A program made the position numbers and the translations under genes. From a virus: a stretch of 64,000 nt of DNA. Position 1 is the first letter of the stretch. Every line of letters starts with the position of its first letter. The notes below the pieces were generated by a model. It was given only the letters and a program-made list of their open reading frames with translations. It did not search any database and was not told where the DNA came from. The stretch is from positions 37,244 through 101,243 of IMG/VR virus record IMGVR_UViG_3300030040_000144. The stretch is one strand, 5' to 3'. Positions 38,401-48,056 of this stretch are shown here, piece after piece.

Positions 38401-39119
38401 ACCTGTGCGCTCTTGCGGTGCAGTTCTTGATGCGGTATAAAACATTCGCCATTGCGCCGCAAGGCAATGTTCGCCGTCGCCAGATGGTACAGAAGCTTAC
38501 GGAAAGCATTGTCCGCTACTTCGAATGGTTCTTTTCACGCAATGCCGTGTACGGAGTCCCTGTTTGTACCGATGATATGTTCAACGAGTTCATGCGCGAT
38601 TGGGCAGACGCTTCGGAAGGCAAGAGCAAGGAGTATAGCCGTGCCACTTTCAAGAAGAAGATTTACGACTATTGCGAAAACATGGGCATAGCGTGCAATC
38701 CTAAACATCTGTTTGAGAACGAGAGCGACAAGCAGCGCCGATGCTTCAAGCTTCAGGCGTGGGTAACGCAGGAGTACTTTACGGGCAGGGAATGGGAGAA
38801 TGACAATACCATCGAGCCTAAGTATATACGCTACCTACAAACCTCTAAGCACGTATTCTTCTTCTACCGTCTCGGCAAGGATGAGATACCTAAAGACTAC
38901 CGCGAACTGAAACGTATAGCAAAAGTGTATGCCGAGCGTCCCGACCCACTACCACATCTTGACGACAACGGTATGCCGATATATCTAACCGACGAAGAGA
39001 AAGAGCGATGGGAAAACAACCGCACGCGTAAGCAAGGCCGCCGCATAGTAGCGGCACCGGGCAACGCGCAGCAGCCCAACCCGCTACCTGAACTGAAGGA
39101 TGAAGATATGCCGTTTTAA
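35445..39119 (+). CDS. Primase-helicase (zinc-binding primase-like N-terminus, P-loop NTPase, P4/D5-like) with an SSB-Ct-like acidic tail
   Basis: N-terminal Cys/His cluster CFCPFCSK...HWKC. A Walker A-like AAGGSGKSVL at about aa 820. C-terminus ...LKDEDMPF. Confidence 0.55.
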   Translation: MLFHPIINQLANIDLTYLVKPADEQHIEGQTACFCPFCSKSAEIYGRAKSMQTPHFIIYNNERGGLYNGVGVDDDRLAIHGAVHWKCTVTGKQGYGAIELYAAIHDIPPFGANLLRICRALTVMKYGDTDEVHAAFPEVFAPMDYRTCANQTIGTFLFQPKTDFSPQELAALGCEVTLQKGLPVFGFGSDFSTKMLNDDFRIFSLLNVTLPDVLRDGQHVSEVIHGTPWNPLFVCFASDETGPQGSYGCIFRPAITADPIVFSTDEEHSVRKVSKWLMGDNVFVYAMNHRGTGNTAVHAAIQRFCPDEEYTITKEEWVEKEDKDGNPKGTFKMIETEIPAAEIKARNIVFCRTPEDALSVYYAMRSLRLDKSDVDEHFAHHCWYHVAFALGRRNFWYIERGEWRQEKLDFSGVQFQKMKRFAERVIMLYPNDIASQRDCGSIVTKFTELHYAMLPEAFHCAYCKRWKWLYGGTPRSVRDYMLSYRMTVDDNFRFDHDIRIPLYSRLRGAKDADPFEIEYPRDPRSGKPKAPTCKVSPTKVWLFMTAHGYYRMIDPESTDLVGQFIHLDRCFVEYIDAKSIMQAVKTLLMQYIEQSWRHSDNERRLMSDCANLIDKTFTEKSAGGLQGMVINFADAFNAKTEYFYFRNVALKITPDSIRAVSYDDINFFIPSLAKKPYDFTMRQFKTPFAIFERPEYRERLDAINKKEAMRNEDGSPAYSYDEIKQLRGELMEWAQTYRWDVDWFGQSEQDLWPILRIVRGFSNVLWEREKEAQRNKEPLTAEEKAIMNAHFANMLSCIGRLCFRSWEGMQNIAPYLLEDNIADEKQAAGGSGKSVLVNTVVGAAVNVLSVDMKDFMIVTDAKFSLTDLLLYPGKYRVVHWEDKQKSFPMNYFYNKVTKGTKVEKKFGDPINLKMNESPIHAITSNSPLSDDDPSTLGRFPLVSFSDRFARENQQKRQPARSPAELMKHFDPNPEKLTDTDRNQAIYLCALAVQFLMRYKTFAIAPQGNVRRRQMVQKLTESIVRYFEWFFSRNAVYGVPVCTDDMFNEFMRDWADASEGKSKEYSRATFKKKIYDYCENMGIACNPKHLFENESDKQRRCFKLQAWVTQEYFTGREWENDNTIEPKYIRYLQTSKHVFFFYRLGKDEIPKDYRELKRIAKVYAERPDPLPHLDDNGMPIYLTDEEKERWENNRTRKQGRRIVAAPGNAQQPNPLPELKDEDMPF

Positions 39120-39177
39120 ACAGATTGAGCTTATATACTGAATTACAATATTTTACAAACATTTAAAATATAAAGCT

Positions 39178-39408
39178 ATGAGTTTTACCCCCCCCACTTG
39201 CCAAAACTGCATATCATACAGTCATGTGCAGTGCAGTTGCCGCGAACAAGGCTCCGACTTTTTCGGCGGCAATATCAGTCCTTTCCATCCGGCTTGCTAC
39301 AAGTATATCGGCATCGCCTCAGTTTACAGCCGCAAGAACCGCCCTAAGAAATGGTTTAAGGCAAAAACGATGGAGGATATGTACGATGATAAAGCGAGAG
39401 TTTATTAA
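39178..39408 (+). CDS. Hypothetical Cys-rich small protein
   Basis: 76 aa, MSFTPPTCQNC...CSC. Its 5' region contains a C9 homopolymer. Confidence 0.3.
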   Translation: MSFTPPTCQNCISYSHVQCSCREQGSDFFGGNISPFHPACYKYIGIASVYSRKNRPKKWFKAKTMEDMYDDKARVY

Positions 39409-39427
39409 AATATAAAGACGCATTAAT

Positions 39428-39655
39428 ATGGAAGAAGGAAAGGATTCAATTTGGCACGATGCAAGCGAAATGCCGGAAAGGGAAGAAGAGATATTGGTCG
39501 AGATGCAAAATAGCGTACTTGATAATGAGAATGAGATTAAAATGAAAAGCGAGATAAACCTCTTTTTAGCTGACAAAATACAGTGGAGTGAATTTATTTC
39601 CGGTCTCAATGTAAAAAGATGGTGTTATTATACAGATTTTTTAAATGCGTTATGA
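39428..39655 (+). CDS. Hypothetical small acidic protein
   Basis: 75 aa. N-terminal ...SIWHDASE motif shared with the next gene. Confidence 0.3.
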   Translation: MEEGKDSIWHDASEMPEREEEILVEMQNSVLDNENEIKMKSEINLFLADKIQWSEFISGLNVKRWCYYTDFLNAL

Positions 39656-40059
39656 AAGGAAAAGCAAAAAAATCAATCTGGCCCGATGCAAGCGAAGAAC
39701 GGTTCCATCTTGAAGATATTACAATTGATAAAGAGATGAAGAAAAAAGTATTAAGGTTAACCCTCAAAAAAAAGTGGTACAATCTTATTATGCTTGGTGC
39801 CAAACGAGAAGAATACCGCGAAATCAAAGAGTATTGGTTAAAGCGTTTGTTCGATGTTCAAAATCCTATGATAGCAAAGTTCATCTTTGGCAACGTTGGA
39901 TTGACCCCTAAGAATTTCACGCATGTTCAATTTCGTCTCGGCTATAGAAAGAATGCTCCAACTATGGAATTTCAGATAACTGACATCGGTATAAATAGAG
40001 GAGATAGTAGTATGGGAGCCCCCGTAGATCAAAATGTGATTATAATCAAGTTTAAATAA
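39652..40059 (+). CDS. Hypothetical protein, possibly ASCH/PUA-like
   Basis: Start MKGKAKKSIWPDASE. LTLKKKWYNLIMLGAKREEYREIKEYW weakly resembles ASCH-type beta-barrel domains. Confidence 0.3.
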   Translation: MKGKAKKSIWPDASEERFHLEDITIDKEMKKKVLRLTLKKKWYNLIMLGAKREEYREIKEYWLKRLFDVQNPMIAKFIFGNVGLTPKNFTHVQFRLGYRKNAPTMEFQITDIGINRGDSSMGAPVDQNVIIIKFK

Positions 40060-40067
40060 AGTAAATC

Positions 40068-40322
40068 ATGGATAGAACAAAGTACAAAGTGATACATGTG
40101 AGACGTAAACTCCCCAAGCAGGATTGTACGGTGATGCTCTGTAAAGACCGCGCTACCGATAAATGGTGTTTTGTAAATATGACTTCCAAGCATTTTTGCG
40201 CTTGTCGTTTTGATACAGTTAAAGACGCGATGCAAGATCTTGAAAAACGTGATGAAGTAATATCGTATACCGTAGAAGCGTTCGGCTATTATGATGTACA
40301 CATGAGCGGAAAGCTGATTTGA
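40068..40322 (+). CDS. Hypothetical protein
   Basis: 84-aa ORF. Confidence 0.3.
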   Translation: MDRTKYKVIHVRRKLPKQDCTVMLCKDRATDKWCFVNMTSKHFCACRFDTVKDAMQDLEKRDEVISYTVEAFGYYDVHMSGKLI

Positions 40323-40347
40323 AAATCAATATCAAACAACAGACTAT

Positions 40348-40626
40348 ATGATAACATTTAGAATAAAAACTTTTAAAGATTATAAGAATCAGTTTATTGA
40401 GTGGGTTAAAGAACCACGAAGGAGAGTTTGTAAAAGTTACGTGTCTTATTCTGCGGAAATTGCAAAAAGACTGATAGATAGAGATCTCGTCGCTAAATGT
40501 AAAGAACTGGGGCTTAACGAAGACGCAACGTCACAGATAGTAGATTTAGCGGAGTTTTGCGTCAGTAAAGCAGAACGAGAAACTAAAGAACTCATTGATT
40601 CTTGTCAACCTAAAAACCTTTTATAG
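40348..40626 (+). CDS. Hypothetical protein
   Basis: 92-aa ORF. Confidence 0.3.
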   Translation: MITFRIKTFKDYKNQFIEWVKEPRRRVCKSYVSYSAEIAKRLIDRDLVAKCKELGLNEDATSQIVDLAEFCVSKAERETKELIDSCQPKNLL

Positions 40627-40628
40627 TT

Positions 40629-40961
40629 ATGGCAAAGATAATCTATTTCGGCACAAACGGATGTAGCGGTCACACAGCGATTGGTATTGATGTTGATTTG
40701 ACGCACGACGAATACCTGAAATGGTGCGAGTGCGACAACGAAAAATGGATATATACACTCTATCAAGAACCGGAAAAGCACACGCGTTACATAACTCATT
40801 ACGGTTTAGTATACACGGTCTATTCCATTCCTTTATCTGTGGACGATCATCGTTTGATGTCGCATACCAATTTGTTTTGGGAGGGGCGACATACAGAACA
40901 AGAGATGATAGATTTTATCAGGAACAATGATTTTTTAAAAAGGCAATTTCAATTGGATTAA
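40629..40961 (+). CDS. Hypothetical protein
   Basis: 110-aa ORF. Confidence 0.3.
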   Translation: MAKIIYFGTNGCSGHTAIGIDVDLTHDEYLKWCECDNEKWIYTLYQEPEKHTRYITHYGLVYTVYSIPLSVDDHRLMSHTNLFWEGRHTEQEMIDFIRNNDFLKRQFQLD

Positions 40962-40972
40962 AATTAATAGTC

Positions 40973-41542
40973 ATGGAAATAAAGAAAGAAAATGCAATAG
41001 CGGCTTATAACGCTGCTGACGAAAACACGAGACAAGTGCTTCTGTCACTCGTGCCGGAACTGAAAGAAGCAGTCGAACCAAAGTCTATTACAGAACGTGT
41101 GAAAACTTTTGAGGACGCTTGCGAGATTCTTGGAGAGGAACATCCGTTTGTATGCGCATACTATTGCATTGAGGATGTTGATGAATGCTATAACGATATT
41201 GCAGCGTTCTTGAAGCTCCGCGTCATCTGTGCAGCTCTAAATGAGGGTTGGGAACCTCAGTTTACAAAAAGCGAGGAACGTTGGTTCCCTTGGTTTGCGC
41301 TATGGACTGAAGAAGAACTGTCGGATAAGAGTGACAAGTGGAAAGCCGACCGACACCTCATATCGCCAGACGACTATTCATGCGACTATGCAGGTCTCGC
41401 CTGTGCGGGCTCGAATAACGCCCCATCATTTGCGTTTGCGAACCTCGGCTCTCACCTTTGCCTTAAGAGTGAAGCCCTCGCCACGTATTGCGGCAAACAA
41501 TTTATCGAGTTATGGGCAGACTTTAACCTAATTAGAAAGTAA
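40973..41542 (+). CDS. Hypothetical protein
   Basis: 189-aa ORF. Confidence 0.35.
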   Translation: MEIKKENAIAAYNAADENTRQVLLSLVPELKEAVEPKSITERVKTFEDACEILGEEHPFVCAYYCIEDVDECYNDIAAFLKLRVICAALNEGWEPQFTKSEERWFPWFALWTEEELSDKSDKWKADRHLISPDDYSCDYAGLACAGSNNAPSFAFANLGSHLCLKSEALATYCGKQFIELWADFNLIRK

Positions 41543-41547
41543 AGACT

Positions 41548-41958
41548 ATGTATTTAAAAGACTTAAGAATCGGGAATGTTGTATGGCACTCTAGTGAATA
41601 TATAGGATATAGATATTCAGAGGTAATCGGTTTTTTGGATGCTGAATATGTAATAGTTTTAGAACATTTCAGAGAAGGACGTGATGATATGGTATTCAAA
41701 AGAGTGTTTGCGATTGAAGCGGTGCAAGGTTTTCCGTTGACTTCAAGAATTTTAAAAAACAACGGTTTCAAGTCAAATATATGCAATAGTATAGAAAAAG
41801 ATGGTAAAAGAATAGGTTTATTCCGCAGTCCCGAAAACAAAAAAGTGTATCTGCGTTTGCAATTAACTTATGATTCGAGAAAAGTATTTAAGTACGTCCA
41901 CGAATTTCAGAACTTTCTTAATCTGATAGGCTTGGATGATGAATTAAAAATTGAATAA
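41548..41958 (+). CDS. Hypothetical protein
   Basis: 136-aa ORF. Confidence 0.3.
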   Translation: MYLKDLRIGNVVWHSSEYIGYRYSEVIGFLDAEYVIVLEHFREGRDDMVFKRVFAIEAVQGFPLTSRILKNNGFKSNICNSIEKDGKRIGLFRSPENKKVYLRLQLTYDSRKVFKYVHEFQNFLNLIGLDDELKIE

Positions 41959-42121
41959 TGAATAAAAAGCGTTTATCACTAATATCAGGTATCACGATTG
42001 CCTGTATAGCCTTAGCTGCAAGCAGCCGGATATTTAACCACGTAAGTCCGTGGCTTGGAATAATGACATTTGCGATAGCATTGTTTTACATAATTCATAA
42101 ACTAACTAAATTTTAAACAAC

Positions 42122-42928
42122 ATGAAAAAAATGATTCAATTGATTGCGGTATGTGTAGCCGCAGTGGTATTGTCATCGTGCGAAAGAGTGGCTCCAAACT
42201 ATGCTGGCGTACTGATGGAAAACTATGGCAAACAAGGTAAGGAAGACTTCAAGGTTGTATCCGGCAGGGTAGCCACATGGGAGTTTGGTACAGAACTGTT
42301 CCAGGTACCGCTGTTTGATCAGCGCGGAGAGTTTACTTCACCTGTTGAACTGAAAGCCGCCGACAATACTGCCTTTACCGCGTGCCCGTCGTACTCTTAT
42401 AAGGTACTTCGCAATCGTGCGGTTGATGTAGTTTTTGACAATAAGCACATCGACAAAGCGAATACCAGCAACGGTAAGGACGGTTTCATGCAGAGTCTTG
42501 AAGATAACATTCTTGAACCCCGTATCTACGACCTTATCAAGGAAGAAAGCCGCAAGTATAAAACCGATACGTTGATGGCAGAGGGCGGTTCGCTCCTTTT
42601 CGAGAAGAAACTTGAACGCATAGTAGAGCAGGAATTTGAGAAAAGAGGCCTTCAATTGATAGTGTTTTCGGCGCAGTTGGAATTTTCTAAAGCCGTGCGC
42701 GAAAAGATAGACAGTCGTAATGAAGTCAACACTAACATCTCCGTTCTTGAGCAGCAGATTTCAGAGCAGAAAAAGCGCAACGAACTGGAGCAACTGAAAA
42801 CCGAGCAGGCTTTAATCACCTCAAAGGGTCTCACTAAAGAAATACTGTACAAGCAGTTTATCGACAAATGGGATGGTCGCACCCCCATCTATGGAGCTAT
42901 CCCCGATTTGATTAAAATTCAGAAGTAA
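42122..42928 (+). CDS. Lipoprotein, possibly SPFH/band-7-like with a C-terminal coiled coil
   Basis: MKKMIQLIAVCVAAVVLSSCE lipobox. C-terminal heptad-like EQQISEQKKRNELEQLKTEQ. Confidence 0.35.
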   Translation: MKKMIQLIAVCVAAVVLSSCERVAPNYAGVLMENYGKQGKEDFKVVSGRVATWEFGTELFQVPLFDQRGEFTSPVELKAADNTAFTACPSYSYKVLRNRAVDVVFDNKHIDKANTSNGKDGFMQSLEDNILEPRIYDLIKEESRKYKTDTLMAEGGSLLFEKKLERIVEQEFEKRGLQLIVFSAQLEFSKAVREKIDSRNEVNTNISVLEQQISEQKKRNELEQLKTEQALITSKGLTKEILYKQFIDKWDGRTPIYGAIPDLIKIQK

Positions 42929-42955
42929 TACATTAACTAAAACCTATATATCATT

Positions 42956-43567
42956 ATGGCAAGTTACAATGGCAACATCGACCTGCTTTCTCTGAATGGA
43001 GCGCAGGTATTTACTGGCATCGACCAGAAGAATCCCGGAAAGGCATACGTATGTATTCCGGTAGATTTAAATGACATCAGAGTGGAAAGCGTAAACGGCG
43101 GAGCGCAAGGTACACCGCGTACCGTGGCACGACTGAGAGTAAACATCTGGCCGCTCAATGAGCAGTATAAAGCCAGAGTGCGTCAGTCGTCTTTAGAAAG
43201 AGGCGACAGCAACGTCAGTGTACCGACTCACGAGATGCAAATCTCTTATTCTACTGACTTCGTTAAGCACGCTGCACGCAGTCTGCCGAAGCTGGTAGAA
43301 GAAGTCAGAAAAGCCAACGCCGAGCATCATCCGGAGTTTGCGGGTCAAGACCCCACAGATGAGACACAGTCGCTCTTCAAGGCGATACGCAGCCGCATGA
43401 ACAAACGCATAGCTATGCTTTATCAGCCGCAGACGGCGCAGCAGCCATCGCCTTATCCGAATCAGGCAGCCGGATATGCGCAAGCTGGAGGGGCTTCGGT
43501 ATATACACCCACAGCAGCAACCGGAGGAGCGTTCGAGTTTGAACCAGACGAAGACCTGCCGTTCTAA
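42956..43567 (+). CDS. SSB-like protein with a canonical SSB-Ct-type acidic tip
   Basis: 203 aa. A Gly/Gln/Pro/Ala-rich flexible linker (YPNQAAGYAQAGGAS) and C-terminus EFEPDEDLPF (compare E. coli SSB ...DDDIPF). Directly upstream of the clamp gene. Confidence 0.5.
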   Translation: MASYNGNIDLLSLNGAQVFTGIDQKNPGKAYVCIPVDLNDIRVESVNGGAQGTPRTVARLRVNIWPLNEQYKARVRQSSLERGDSNVSVPTHEMQISYSTDFVKHAARSLPKLVEEVRKANAEHHPEFAGQDPTDETQSLFKAIRSRMNKRIAMLYQPQTAQQPSPYPNQAAGYAQAGGASVYTPTAATGGAFEFEPDEDLPF

Positions 43568-43616
43568 TGAGTGCAACAACAGTAAAAACCGATAAACAAT
43601 AAACCAACGTAAAAGA

Positions 43617-44801
43617 ATGAAACTACAAGCCAAATCATCAAAAGAACTCAATAAGGCACTGCGCAAATCGGCAAAATGTATGGCAAATAAAAACGCCCTG
43701 CCTATCCTTGACAACGTACTGCTGTCAATGAACGCCGACGGCCGTTTCTGTTTCACTACCTCTACCGGCGATGCGCAGCTTTCCATCCCTGCACCGCTTA
43801 CCATATTCGACGGCAAGTTTACCGCCCCCGTGGCGTTACCGCTCAGCATCATCACTTCGTTTCTGGCGGCTCTGCCTGAGTGTACCGTGACACTTGTGTT
43901 CGATGAGAAATCCAGCACTCTAACATTTGAATATTGCACCGAGGTAGGCGACAAGGTAAAAGAAGGAGAGGTATCTGTGGCTTACTACGACGGTAAGGAG
44001 TACCCTCTGCTGAAGCCCGCTACCGAGAACTGCACATACATTTCTCTGCCGATGGCGGTATTGAACAGCGTGCTCGCCCAAGCTAAAGACTTCATCAAGA
44101 TAGACGACCTCCGCCCTGTAATGAACTGCCTGTGCATAGATATAGCCGACGACCTTTCTGAACTGAACTTCGTAGCCAGCGACGGCAATACTCTCTACCG
44201 CCGCACATACAGCAACGATCCTGCCAAAGGCGGCGGTGAGTTTTTCCGCAGTGGTGAAGCGTGCCGTATTCTGGTAAGCCTGCTCTACTTCCGCACGCTG
44301 TCGGCATTCGACGGGTGCGACACCGTAGACATACAGACCGATGGCCGCACCATCTATTTCTCCGCTCCCGATGTAGAGCTTACATGCCGCGCCATAGAAG
44401 GTCGCTACCCCAACTACCGTGCCGTGATACCTACGGGTAATCCATACTATATATGCGTGGGTAAAGCGGAAGCGTTGGCAGTATGCTCGCGCGTAAGTCT
44501 TTTCTCTGACAGAAGCAACAATAACATCGTGCTGAAGAAAGAAGGAATGTTCCTTAACGTGTCGGCGCGAGACCTTGACTATTCTACCGCCGCCGAAGAT
44601 CAGGTGCTGATAGCCGACAACGAATGTCAGGACGGCTTTAGCATAGCGTTCAACGTACAGAAGTTTATTACTGCCATGAGTGCCATTTCAGCCGACGGTG
44701 TGCGTATACAGATGTCAGAACCTAACCGCGCGGTGGTGATTACCGCCAACAGTCCGGTCCCCGACACACTTACGCTATGTATGCCTATGCTGATAGACTG
44801 A
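43617..44801 (+). CDS. dnaN: DNA polymerase III beta sliding clamp-like protein
   Basis: 394 aa. N-terminal ...ALPILDNVLL... resembles the conserved DnaN LPILsNVLL segment. The length is typical of a three-domain clamp. Confidence 0.65.
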   Translation: MKLQAKSSKELNKALRKSAKCMANKNALPILDNVLLSMNADGRFCFTTSTGDAQLSIPAPLTIFDGKFTAPVALPLSIITSFLAALPECTVTLVFDEKSSTLTFEYCTEVGDKVKEGEVSVAYYDGKEYPLLKPATENCTYISLPMAVLNSVLAQAKDFIKIDDLRPVMNCLCIDIADDLSELNFVASDGNTLYRRTYSNDPAKGGGEFFRSGEACRILVSLLYFRTLSAFDGCDTVDIQTDGRTIYFSAPDVELTCRAIEGRYPNYRAVIPTGNPYYICVGKAEALAVCSRVSLFSDRSNNNIVLKKEGMFLNVSARDLDYSTAAEDQVLIADNECQDGFSIAFNVQKFITAMSAISADGVRIQMSEPNRAVVITANSPVPDTLTLCMPMLID

Positions 44802-44905
44802 TAAATGCGGCGGTGTCAGTGTATGCCGTGGCAGGCGTACACTGATGCCATCCGTAAACACCCCGAACCCCGAAATAAAGATATAACCTGATAAATACAG
44901 AAAAA

Positions 44906-45547
44906 ATGACTCTTGACGATACACTACTCTTTATGCCTCCGTGCTGCGTAGACCGCCGTCTGCCGCAAGCCATAATGCAAAGCCCCGGTCGCATGTTGAC
45001 TTTCTATACGCATAGCGACGTGCTGATGGAGAACTTCTTTCGTGCGGTGGCTTTCATGGTAGAAGACCCCGCTGTGATGGTGCTGTCCATGTCGTTGCTC
45101 GCGTCAGAGAATGCCGTGTTCCTTCAGCAGTGTTTTGAGCGCAACTGGATAACCGACCTTGTGCTTTCTACCTCCAGCGAATCAGAGAAACTGATAAACC
45201 TCCATCTGTCGGAGTATAAAGACCGCATACTATATGTAAACACCGACGACGCTACGGATCAGTCATCGCACATGGTACTTTACACCAAGAAGAAAGCTCT
45301 GGTGCTTACCGGACCGATGTACAACCGTTTCCGGGCATCGGGACTGACCGCCTACACTCTGACACTTTACCCTAACATGGGGACTTTCTCAGACAATCTG
45401 AATTGGGGTCATCCCGTGCGCAACGTGCTTTTCCCCGATGTGCTACGGCACAGACAGAAGGTACTGAAAGACAAACTGACGGTATCTTCGCCTGCACTGA
45501 AATGTTTTCTTCACGCAGAGTTCCCACCTTATAAAGACGATGAATAA
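44906..45547 (+). CDS. Hypothetical protein
   Basis: 213-aa ORF. Confidence 0.3.
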   Translation: MTLDDTLLFMPPCCVDRRLPQAIMQSPGRMLTFYTHSDVLMENFFRAVAFMVEDPAVMVLSMSLLASENAVFLQQCFERNWITDLVLSTSSESEKLINLHLSEYKDRILYVNTDDATDQSSHMVLYTKKKALVLTGPMYNRFRASGLTAYTLTLYPNMGTFSDNLNWGHPVRNVLFPDVLRHRQKVLKDKLTVSSPALKCFLHAEFPPYKDDE

Positions 45548-45861
45548 TGAATACTACACCTACACAGAGTTATACCGAACTGCGCCGCTATACCGAAAAA
45601 TGGCAGTGGATAGACCCCAGAACCGGAAACAAAGTTACCGGCTACGTGCATCCGCAAACCGCAAGGCAGGTGCAGCGCGTGCCGTTCTACATCAAGTTCC
45701 TCACCAAGACGGGGCATGTGGACGAAGGCACGTGCGTATGCCTGTCGGTAGACACCATGCGACACCAGCGCAAGGTGCAGTTTGTAGATAGCGGAGAAAT
45801 ACGCATGGTAAACGACATCCTGGTAATACAGGTAGACGGTACACGCTTTATAACCCATTAA
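45547..45861 (+). CDS. Hypothetical protein
   Basis: 104-aa ORF, translationally coupled. Confidence 0.3.
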   Translation: MNTTPTQSYTELRRYTEKWQWIDPRTGNKVTGYVHPQTARQVQRVPFYIKFLTKTGHVDEGTCVCLSVDTMRHQRKVQFVDSGEIRMVNDILVIQVDGTRFITH

Positions 45862-45894
45862 TTTTTTACGTAACTAATAAAAAACAGATAATAT

Positions 45895-46458
45895 ATGTGG
45901 AACTTTTTTAGAGAAAGAAAGAAACGCAAGCAGTTGAGAAATCTTACACGCGCCTTGGGAGTAATGAAGTCGTTCGCCATAGCAGGCTTGATTTATTGGA
46001 GAGAAAAAGACCGTGTACTGCTTATAGAAGAAAGTCTGGCAATGGTCAACATGGCGGAGGGCGGAGAAATCTTTCGTAACTTCCTTAATGCGGCAGCACT
46101 GTACGTCAACTACAAGCTGATGCAAGATACCTATAGTAAGGTGATGCAGCAGAAAGAAGCCGAAGCCGTGCGTCAGGCATTGAAAGAATACGGCACTACC
46201 GGCGATGCTGATATAAACCGAATACGTCAGAAGGTGAGAGACGATCTTGAAATGATAGATGCTTCCAAGATGAAGCTCGTAACGGAGTTCGACATCCTGA
46301 TAATTCGTCAGCACACCAAGAACCGCGACCATGCTACCGAAGAAGGAGGCGAACTTTTAGCCGTAGGCCATTATGACGGAAAAACCGTAGAGATGGCATC
46401 GTTCGACGATATAAAGCATAACCTCGTAAACAACAGAGAGAATAGCGAGAATAACTAA
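45895..46458 (+). CDS. Hypothetical protein
   Basis: 187-aa ORF. Confidence 0.3.
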   Translation: MWNFFRERKKRKQLRNLTRALGVMKSFAIAGLIYWREKDRVLLIEESLAMVNMAEGGEIFRNFLNAAALYVNYKLMQDTYSKVMQQKEAEAVRQALKEYGTTGDADINRIRQKVRDDLEMIDASKMKLVTEFDILIIRQHTKNRDHATEEGGELLAVGHYDGKTVEMASFDDIKHNLVNNRENSENN

Positions 46459-46474
46459 GATAACGACCAAGATA

Positions 46475-46723
46475 ATGACTAAGACAATGATCAAGAAATT
46501 TAAGAGCTGGATAATTCACCGTCTGGGCGGCGTTACTATAAATGAGATTGAACAAAAAGACAGTAACTCGTTTGATATGGGAATCTACGTTACACTGGAG
46601 TCTCTGAGAGACTATGCCCGCAGTCTGAACGGGCTATCAGCCGACGAGTGGTGCCGACGCATGTATGCTCATATAGATGATAGTATAAAGCAACTCAATG
46701 GGGAGGAGGGAATCAATGATTAG
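46475..46723 (+). CDS. Hypothetical protein
   Basis: 82-aa ORF. Confidence 0.3.
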   Translation: MTKTMIKKFKSWIIHRLGGVTINEIEQKDSNSFDMGIYVTLESLRDYARSLNGLSADEWCRRMYAHIDDSIKQLNGEEGIND

Positions 46724-47270
46724 ACTATCGCTCGATCGTCATGACTTCGTGGCGGCCGTAGAGGGTTTCGCTCGCGGCAGCCATTTGCGGCAGCACGTGT
46801 GGCAGCAGCATGTTTTCAGCAGCATACCGCAGATGAGCCCCGATGAGATGGACTTCTTTTGGTACGTGTTTCGTCGCAATCTATGGGAGTGCTACTTCTG
46901 TCCACACGACGGTAAAACCACAGCGGAATGCGGAGCTGAAGATTATCTGCAAACCCTTGCGGCGCTTCATAGAGGAAACCGATATAAGATAGATTTCCGT
47001 GTGCCCGGCGATCGTCGCAAGCATACCGCCATTTGCTATCGTTTTATGGGTAAATACCGTCCTCTCTACGCCGACGGCTATACCGTGATAGAAGACTTCA
47101 GAAGCTACGTGCCGCAGGAGTACATAAGGTGTGTAGAGCAGTGTAACATGCCAGCTAACCACAATGTGCCGGAAAAAGACATTGCATGGTGGACCGACCT
47201 TGAAGTGTACGATTCGGCAGAGCTGCTTACCCGGAATCCCAATGCCGCTCAAGTGAACAAGCAACCATAA
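46698..47270 (+). CDS. Hypothetical protein
   Basis: 190-aa ORF. Confidence 0.3.
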   Translation: MGRRESMIRLSLDRHDFVAAVEGFARGSHLRQHVWQQHVFSSIPQMSPDEMDFFWYVFRRNLWECYFCPHDGKTTAECGAEDYLQTLAALHRGNRYKIDFRVPGDRRKHTAICYRFMGKYRPLYADGYTVIEDFRSYVPQEYIRCVEQCNMPANHNVPEKDIAWWTDLEVYDSAELLTRNPNAAQVNKQP

Positions 47271-47297
47271 TTTTAAAGAAACATATACCACATAACT

Positions 47298-47669
47298 ATG
47301 TCAGAAAACGAACCTTCATTACCGCCCGTGTGTAATGATACAACATTCTTCAATCAGCGTGGAGTGCTCGCCACAGATTTCATAGCCGCACTGCGCCAGT
47401 TAGCCAATCGCCGTGGCAACCGCCGCATAAGCTTAAAGCACCAGTTCGTGACCGGGGTGGAGTATCAGAGCAACCTGAGAACCTTTTCTCTTACATGCCG
47501 CAAGGTAGACCCCATGCGCGCCGAAGAGATGATGTCTACACTACAGCAGATGATTTACGACTATGGTAACCGCACCGTAACCGTAGAGGGCTATAACCCC
47601 ACTAGCATCCGCTATGCACGCTCCGGTGCTCGATTTAATGTATACGTAAAATCACTGCACGATGAGTAA
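47298..47669 (+). CDS. Hypothetical protein
   Basis: 123-aa ORF. Confidence 0.3.
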   Translation: MSENEPSLPPVCNDTTFFNQRGVLATDFIAALRQLANRRGNRRISLKHQFVTGVEYQSNLRTFSLTCRKVDPMRAEEMMSTLQQMIYDYGNRTVTVEGYNPTSIRYARSGARFNVYVKSLHDE

Positions 47670-48024
47670 AACATACATAGACGAACAGCAGCAGTTCAAG
47701 AAACATGCCGAACTCGCCATAAAGATGTATCACGACAGCTGCGACCAGATGGCGCAGCTGGTAAACCGTCAGCTGTTCGATGGCGAGCGTGCGTGGTACT
47801 GGATAGCTGACGAGAAAGGCGGAGTGGCCGACTTTGAGGGAACGGACGTTCTTTCTGCGGCAGACATGGCACGCATACTCCGCACTGGCATGACCTATGC
47901 CGAGTACGCCGAATGGCGCGATGCCAACATCGAGCACAAAGAGTACGTAAACCTGTACTCGTGGCTTAAAGTTTTGCGCCACAGCATGATAAAAGACGGA
48001 AGCGACGACACCGCTACCGCATAA
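47662..48024 (+). CDS. Hypothetical protein
   Basis: 120-aa ORF overlapping the previous stop. Confidence 0.3.
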   Translation: MSKTYIDEQQQFKKHAELAIKMYHDSCDQMAQLVNRQLFDGERAWYWIADEKGGVADFEGTDVLSAADMARILRTGMTYAEYAEWRDANIEHKEYVNLYSWLKVLRHSMIKDGSDDTATA

Positions 48025-48056
48025 CGAAAACCATACTAAAGATTTATAGAAAAAAC

